This document shows positions 24,812 to 25,000 of a stretch of 25,000 bases of DNA, in pieces (position 1 is the stretch's first letter; each line of letters begins with the position of its first letter). Origin of the DNA: an uncultured virus (IMG/VR IMGVR_UViG_3300028897_000536) (taxonomy: Duplodnaviria > Heunggongvirae > Uroviricota > Caudoviricetes); IMG/VR virus record IMGVR_UViG_3300028897_000536. One strand, written 5' to 3'. The position numbers and the translations under genes were made by a program. The notes under the pieces are model-generated. The model saw nothing but the letters and a program-made list of their open reading frames with translations, made no database searches and had not been told where the DNA came from.

Positions 24812-25000
24812 ATGGGTTTTATTAAGCAGTTAGATTTGTTTATACAAGATTATAGTGAGAACGAAGAAGAATATTATAAATTGCTTAATGAAATTGATTA
24901 TTATTTACATAGTAAAAAAATTCCTAAATCAGAAAAAGCGAGAGAGATTTTAAGAAAATTTATCCCTGTTGAAGATTATTTAAAAACAATTTTAGAAGCG
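24812..25000 (+). CDS. Hypothetical protein (partial, runs off window)
   Basis: SD AAGGAG, ATG 24812, open to the window end. Confidence 0.65.
   Translation, partial: MGFIKQLDLFIQDYSENEEEYYKLLNEIDYYLHSKKIPKSEKAREILRKFIPVEDYLKTILEA

Noticed and set aside
1..25000. Alternative genetic code (stop-codon recoding)
   Set aside because: Long genes are intact in code 11; TGA is used as a stop in ATGA overlaps and TAG stops are followed by SD/terminator signals; short early ORFs have their own starts.

Overview
Low-GC segment of a tailed dsDNA phage (Caudoviricetes) genome with two very different halves. Left half (1-15846, all minus strand) is the late/morphogenesis operon: small terminase, large terminase, portal with a fused C-terminal ChaB domain, five fibre/Ig-like virion genes, prohead protease-scaffold (three Zn ribbons, probable internal scaffold start), major capsid protein, a GNAT-like protein, a head-tail adaptor-like protein, a BppU-like protein and a >1163-aa modular fibre/receptor-binding protein that runs off the left edge (absent from the ORF track). 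Positions ~15850-16690 are non-coding and hold a sigma70-type promoter followed by a leader terminator, a perfect palindrome and clustered hairpins; this may be the genome end/packaging region. Right half (16.7-25 kb) is a divergently transcribed early region of small genes driven by repeated promoter-RBS cassettes. It includes three HExxH zinc-metallopeptidase-like proteins, a SAM-lyase/PII-like protein, a stand-alone ligase adenylation domain, a possible minimal ADP-ribosyltransferase and a 3D-domain protein. Strongest signals: (i) by manual scan the early half lacks GATC, CTAG, CATG and TCGA, which are common in the late half, suggesting a restriction-site-free first-entering anti-defence region; (ii) five cre/LacI-type operator palindromes lie near the phage promoters, two at identical 28-bp spacing from a -35 box. 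All family calls are from motif recognition, not database searches.
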